Below, in pieces: positions 26,594 to 32,000 of a stretch of 32,000 nucleotides of DNA. Below the pieces are notes generated by a model that saw only the letters and a program-made list of their open reading frames with translations, was not told the DNA's origin and did no database searches. Origin of the DNA: Gemmata obscuriglobus. Its GTDB lineage: Bacteria; Planctomycetota; Planctomycetia; Gemmatales; Gemmataceae. The stretch covers positions 3,270,001 to 3,302,000 of the forward strand of contig NZ_CP042911.1 in NCBI RefSeq assembly GCF_008065095.1, read 5' to 3'. Position 1 is the first letter of the stretch. The number at the start of each line of letters is the position of its first letter. The position numbers and the translations under genes were made by a program.

Positions 26594-26659
26594 CACCCGC
26601 CCGGTGACGCATGCGGTTCGACCAGTCACGGTCGAACCGCATGCGTCACCGGGCGGGTG
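26594..26659. repeat. perfect 29-bp-stem hairpin/palindrome with 8-nt loop, intergenic inside the ABC cluster
   Basis: cacccgcccggtgacgcatgcggttcgac (26594-26622) is the exact reverse complement of gtcgaaccgcatgcgtcaccgggcgggtg (26631-26659). Verified base by base. Confidence 0.9.
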
Positions 26660-26691
26660 GCGCTCCCGCCTGCAAACTTGAAACTTCGGTC

Positions 26692-27618
26692 TCAAATCAC
26701 CGTTCTGAGGAACAGTTCCTCCAGCGTTTCCTCGTCGCGCACGAGGCTGCGGATGACGACGCCTCGTGCGGCGGCGCGTTGGAAGAACGTCAGGTTCGAC
26801 CACCCCTGTGGGACCCCGACCCGCCATTCGCCCTCGCCGTTATCGGCGAGCAACTTCACCCCCGCCGCTTCCAGTTCGGCGCGGAACGCCGCGGCCTCGC
26901 CCTGGACGCGAACGCGGAACCGGTCCCGGTGCCGGTCGCGCAACTCGGCCACGGTTCCCTCGCGCCGCACCTGCCCGCCGGCGATGATGACGACCCGCTC
27001 GCACACGGTTTCCACGTCCGCCAGCAGGTGCGTTGAGAGCAGCACCGACTTCCCGTGATCGACACCGAGCGCCTTCACGAGCCGCAACATGGCGTCGCGC
27101 CCGGCGGGGTCGAGGCCCGACGTGGGCTCGTCCAGGAGCAGCACCGGCGGGTCGTGAACGAGCGCCTGGGCGAGCTTCACGCGCTGCTTCATCCCGAGGG
27201 AATACTCTTCGACCAGCCGGTACCGGGCCTCTTCCAGTTCCAGGTACGAGAGCACCTCGTGCGCGCGCCGCGTGGCCTCGCGCCGCGGCATCCCGTACAA
27301 CTCGCCGGCGAGCGCCACGTACTCCACCCCGGTGAGCCCCGGGACGAGGGCGTCCGCCTCGGGCATGAACCCGATGAGCCGCCGGAGCCGCCAGTTCCCC
27401 GCGGCGTCCCGGTCCCCGCCGAGTGGCTCGTTGAGCACGCGGCCCGTTCCGCTCGACGGCGGGATCAGGCCCATCAGGATCTTCAGCAGCGTCGATTTGC
27501 CCGCGCCGTTCGGCCCGAGCAGCCCGATCCGGCCCTCCGGCAGCGAGAGCGTAACGTCCCGCAGCGCGGTGAACGCGCCGAACGTGCGCGAAACGGCGTT
27601 CAGCTCGATCAGGCTCAT
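26692..27618 (-). CDS. ABC transporter ATP-binding protein
   Basis: Walker A GPNGAGKST, signature YSLGMKQR, Walker B VLLLDEPTSG, H-loop STHLL, and a C-terminal domain of about 90 aa. Confidence 0.9.
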   Translation of the reverse strand: MSLIELNAVSRTFGAFTALRDVTLSLPEGRIGLLGPNGAGKSTLLKILMGLIPPSSGTGRVLNEPLGGDRDAAGNWRLRRLIGFMPEADALVPGLTGVEYVALAGELYGMPRREATRRAHEVLSYLELEEARYRLVEEYSLGMKQRVKLAQALVHDPPVLLLDEPTSGLDPAGRDAMLRLVKALGVDHGKSVLLSTHLLADVETVCERVVIIAGGQVRREGTVAELRDRHRDRFRVRVQGEAAAFRAELEAAGVKLLADNGEGEWRVGVPQGWSNLTFFQRAAARGVVIRSLVRDEETLEELFLRTVI

Positions 27619-27723
27619 AGTCTGAAGCCGACAGGCGCAGCGGTGAAGACCGCAACGTCGTCACAACCGGGCACGCGGGCGCGGTTCGTGGGCGTTATGA
27701 CGTTACGGCTTTTAGGGTCACTC

Positions 27724-28902
27724 TCAAGTGGTGTAATCGGCGTTGAGCCGGACGTACTCGGTGGTCAGGTCGCTGGTGTAAAACGTCGAACGGCCGGTGC
27801 CGAGCGTGAACCGCAGTTTGAAATGCACCTCGCGGTTGTGCTTCAGGTAGGCGGACGCGGACGCGGCGTCGAACGGCAGCGGCGCACCGGCCCGGTAGAG
27901 AAGCAGGTCGCCCATCCACAGCGACAGATCCTTCTCCTCGAACGCGACGCCCGAGTACCCCGCCGCGGACACCACCCGCCCCCAGTTCGGGTCGGCGCCG
28001 AACACCGCGGTTTTGACGAGCGCGCTTTCCGCGATGGTCTTGGCGACCTGCTTCGCCTCGGCGTCGCTGCGGCAGCCCTCGACCTCGATGGTAATGAGGT
28101 GCTCAGCGCCTTCGGCGTCGATGATGATTTTGCGGGCCAGTTCCACGCAGACGTGCCGCACCTCGTGCGCGAAAGCGTCCAGTTCGGCTCCCGCGAGCGG
28201 GGGGCCGGAACCGTTAGCCAGCAGGAACACGGTGTCGTTGGTGCTGGTGTGGCCCTCCACCGAGATGCTGTTGAAGCTCTGCTCGGCGGCCACTTTGAGG
28301 ATGCGGTGCAGGTCGGCGGGGGCTACCGCGGCGTCGGTGAGGACGAAGCCCAACATGGTGGCCATGTTCGGGCCGATCATCGCCGCGCCCTTCGCGAACC
28401 CTGTGACGGTGAAGTCCGCGTGCCGGCGGGTGGCGATCTTGATCCCGGTGTCAGTGGTCAGAATGGCGTGAGCGGCGTTCGAAAGCGCGTCGCGCCCCTC
28501 GGCCACTTCGCTGGTCGCCTTCGGGACCCCTGCCTCAAGGACCGGCATCGGCAGGGGGCGGCCGATCACGCCCGTCGAGGCCACCAGCACCTGCTCCGTG
28601 GCGCACCCGAGTTCGGTGGCGACGAGTTGGGTCATCCGCCGGGCGTCGGCGAGGCCCTGATCGCCGGTGCAGGCGTTGGCGTTACCCGAGCACACCACGA
28701 TCGCGCGGGCGTCGGCGCGCGGGAGCCGCTCGCGGCTCACCTGTACGGGGGCCGCACACACACGGTTTTGAGTGAACACGCCCGTCGCGGCGGCCGGTGT
28801 GTCGCTCACAATAACGGCCAGGTCGCGCCGGTCGGGCTCGGTACGCAACCCGCTGACGATGCCCGCGTACCTGTAGCCGCGGGCGAGGTGCCATTCGCTC
28901 AT
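27724..28902 (-). CDS. argJ: bifunctional glutamate N-acetyltransferase / amino-acid acetyltransferase ArgJ
   Basis: VVCSGNANACTG, GFAKGAAMIGPNMATMLGFVLTDA (ATML autoprocessing site), HTSTNDT, and the C-terminal LTTEYVRLNADYTT. Confidence 0.9.
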   Translation of the reverse strand: MSEWHLARGYRYAGIVSGLRTEPDRRDLAVIVSDTPAAATGVFTQNRVCAAPVQVSRERLPRADARAIVVCSGNANACTGDQGLADARRMTQLVATELGCATEQVLVASTGVIGRPLPMPVLEAGVPKATSEVAEGRDALSNAAHAILTTDTGIKIATRRHADFTVTGFAKGAAMIGPNMATMLGFVLTDAAVAPADLHRILKVAAEQSFNSISVEGHTSTNDTVFLLANGSGPPLAGAELDAFAHEVRHVCVELARKIIIDAEGAEHLITIEVEGCRSDAEAKQVAKTIAESALVKTAVFGADPNWGRVVSAAGYSGVAFEEKDLSLWMGDLLLYRAGAPLPFDAASASAYLKHNREVHFKLRFTLGTGRSTFYTSDLTTEYVRLNADYTT

Positions 28903-29073
28903 GCTCCAATCCTATACGCGGGGGCGTAAGGGAAACAGACGCAGGCTGGAAATGGCTTCGCCGGGCTGTCTACCGCTCGCGACCGGCGACTTGGTCGAGA
29001 GCGGGCGCACGAAAACGCCCCGCAGATGGAGCAGGGCGTGGAGTACAAAGATGTCGGATTCGCCAATCGCGTA

Positions 29074-29496
29074 TCACTTCGCGTCGAGTTTGAGGTCTAA
29101 ACGGGTGTTACCGCCGGAAGGGATTTCGACCTCAAGCGGTGAGCTATCTTGTTTGTATTTTGCAGGAATCTGCGCGAGCATAGCTTCGGCAGCTTTGACT
29201 TCAGCAACTGGTGCACCGACTGGGGCTTGGAAGGTTACCCGATATTTGCCGGGCACCGCGCCTGGTTTCTCGTCATAGGTTTTGAGACTGAAAGTGCCAT
29301 CTGACTTCACCTTCCCATTCGCCGGAGCCATTGCATCGGTTGGGGTCAGGACGATGTAAACGTCTCGCACGGGTTGCCCGCTGGCGAACGTCACCTTGCC
29401 ACCTGCCTCAACAGGGCTTGGGAGGGAAATCGATTTACCCGAAGAGCACCCGGCGGTAGGTATCAGGACAAGTGCTGCAATAACGGCGAGGCGCAT
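29074..29496 (-). CDS. small lipoprotein (beta-rich, carboxypeptidase-regulatory-like?)
   Basis: MRLAVIAALVLIPTAGCSSG lipobox. As I recall, this kind of gene often sits downstream of DUF1559 genes in planctomycetes. Confidence 0.6.
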   Translation of the reverse strand: MRLAVIAALVLIPTAGCSSGKSISLPSPVEAGGKVTFASGQPVRDVYIVLTPTDAMAPANGKVKSDGTFSLKTYDEKPGAVPGKYRVTFQAPVGAPVAEVKAAEAMLAQIPAKYKQDSSPLEVEIPSGGNTRLDLKLDAK

Positions 29497-29566
29497 GGGT
29501 GTTGAACTCCAGAAAAAGAGACGGGCCGGCTGGGATAGCCGGCCCGTCGTCAACACGCTTCAACAA

Positions 29567-30694
<1,128 letters not shown>

Positions 30695-30935
30695 CGACGG
30701 ACCTCTGAACTGGAGGAGAAAAGCGACAGAAACACCGGCCGAGCCGGCGGGCCGGCGTCAGGTGAGGCGGCAGCGTTTCGAGCATTCGGGCGCCGGTGCA
30801 ACTCCAGTACTCTAGACGGTGCGTCGCAAAAGAGAACGTTGAATAGTGTGAAGAGTTGGCGCTGCTTCGGTGATCGCAAAGTGAATATTCTGAGTGGATT
30901 CAAAATGTGTGTCGCGCACGGTGACAGACACAGAC

Positions 30936-30963
30936 GGCCGGGCGCGGATTCGAGCGCCCGGCC
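30936..30963 (-). terminator. possible intrinsic terminator hairpin after the globin-domain gene
   Basis: ggccgggcgc / ggattcga / gcgcccggcc: 10-bp GC stem, 10 nt downstream of the stop at 30973. No clear U-tract. Confidence 0.35.
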
Positions 30964-30972
30964 GAGAGGTGG

Positions 30973-31794
30973 TTACGGTTTTGCGCCCTTTTCCGTCGGC
31001 GCCGGGGCCTTCTCGACGATTGCCTCACGGGTGCCGGCGACGACCTTCACCAGCTCCGCAATTTCCGGGTCCGCGACCTTGAACTTTTTCAGGGACGCGA
31101 CGAGGTGAACGGCCAGAGCGTCGAACTCGGCGTCGGTGATCGCCATCCCCTTGTGCGCCTCTTTCATGCTCTTGCCGCTGTACTTGAACGGCCCGCCGCT
31201 CACGTCGCTGATCATGTCCACGATCGACTTCTCCAGTGCCGCGGCGCTCGGCTTGTATTTGCCGCCGCGGGTGAAGTTCACCTTCGGGTCTTCGAGGGCC
31301 GCGAGCGCGAAATCGTGAACGACCGCCTTCACCACGCTCTCACCCCCGAGACGGTCCCACAGCACTTTCTTGGCGTCCTTCGGCTCCTGCGTGTTTTTGG
31401 GTTCCTTAGTGTCCTTCGGCTCGAGTGCGGGCTCTTTTTTGATCGGCGGAGCGATGGTGTTCTGGATCTCGTCCAGTGCCGCGCGCATCTCGATGGCGGC
31501 GTCGGCCGCCTTGTTCAGCCCTTTGGCGCGCTCGAGCCGCTGCTGGGCGTCGGTCTGGAGCTTCGGTCGGTGGTCGAGCATCGGCACCACGGCCGACAGC
31601 GTGCCCTGATATAGCCGAGCGCACTCCCCGTGTCCGCCGCGGTTAAAGATTTCCGTGCCCAGCAGTGCGGACTCGTACACGATTCTCACGATCCGCTTGT
31701 CGAGTTCGGCCCGGTCCAGGGGCTTGTCGTCCGCCCGCGTGAGGCCGACTGCCCCACTCAGGATGAGCACCGCCAGTAAAATTCGTGCGCGCAC
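30973..31794 (-). CDS. signal-peptide protein with C-terminal group-1 truncated hemoglobin (trHbN-like) domain
   Basis: Preferred GTG start at 31792-31794 (preceded by AGAGG) gives MRARILLAVLILSGAVGLTRA. The C-terminal part LWDRLGGESVVKAVVHDF...GGPFKYSGKSMKEAHKGMAITDAEFDA matches the trHb pattern. The listed ORF starts 20 codons earlier, at GTG 31854. Confidence 0.75.
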   Translation of the reverse strand: MRARILLAVLILSGAVGLTRADDKPLDRAELDKRIVRIVYESALLGTEIFNRGGHGECARLYQGTLSAVVPMLDHRPKLQTDAQQRLERAKGLNKAADAAIEMRAALDEIQNTIAPPIKKEPALEPKDTKEPKNTQEPKDAKKVLWDRLGGESVVKAVVHDFALAALEDPKVNFTRGGKYKPSAAALEKSIVDMISDVSGGPFKYSGKSMKEAHKGMAITDAEFDALAVHLVASLKKFKVADPEIAELVKVVAGTREAIVEKAPAPTEKGAKP

Positions 31795-32000
31795 GGTGGA
31801 ACCTCTCGAACAATGGGAGCGAACCGGTACACCCGTCGGTGTCGCGTTCGACACGCCAGTGTAACCGCCGGACCGGTCCGGGTGAACGTGTCACCGGTTT
31901 TTAACGCCCCCGGGTCCGGGGCACGGTGGCGAATCTGCGGGCCGGTTCGGGCTATCGTAATCGGTACGGCCCTAAACAGAGGTGCGCAACCCATGCGCGA

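Overview
High-GC bacterial chromosomal segment, most likely Planctomycetota (Gemmata-like). The guess rests on a DUF1559 protein with a prepilin-type N-terminus and H-X9-DG motif, a Tat-signal Gfo/Idh/MocA oxidoreductase, and many IS remnants. Layout, left to right: (i) 1-645 holds a second copy of a purine nucleoside phosphorylase (PNP) gene, about 95% identical to the complete gene at 21798-22583. It abuts a pile of three nested or truncated IS fragments (633-2424). (ii) An FHA-domain gene follows, then a roughly 1-kb lower-GC spacer and a HlyD / fused double-ATPase-permease / ABC-2 permease operon (yhiI-rbbA-yhhJ-like). (iii) Next come a P-type ATPase plus lipoprotein, a single-domain response regulator, a small lipoprotein, a cytoplasmic GAF histidine kinase and an oxidoreductase. 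(iv) A decayed accessory patch at 18.0-21.8 kb contains a palindromic repeat pair, an ISL3-like IS, phage-like small ORFs, tRNA-Ala(CGC), a frameshifted IS1-family element and a 122-bp inverted-repeat element. (v) A tight minus-strand cluster runs argJ / ABC ATPase / permease / ABC ATPase / permease / cytidylate-kinase-like / PNP. (vi) The window ends with a lipoprotein, a DUF1559 gene and a signal-peptide truncated-globin protein. The least explained signals are: two homologous arrays of degenerate 11-bp tandem repeats in two long intergenic spacers (4646-4722 and 14041-14106); the direct PNP duplication bracketing about 21 kb with an IS-truncation junction; a perfect 29-bp-stem hairpin inside the ABC cluster; and two other palindromic elements. 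I found no recognisable defence or toxin system. The functional ideas below are hypotheses, not identifications.
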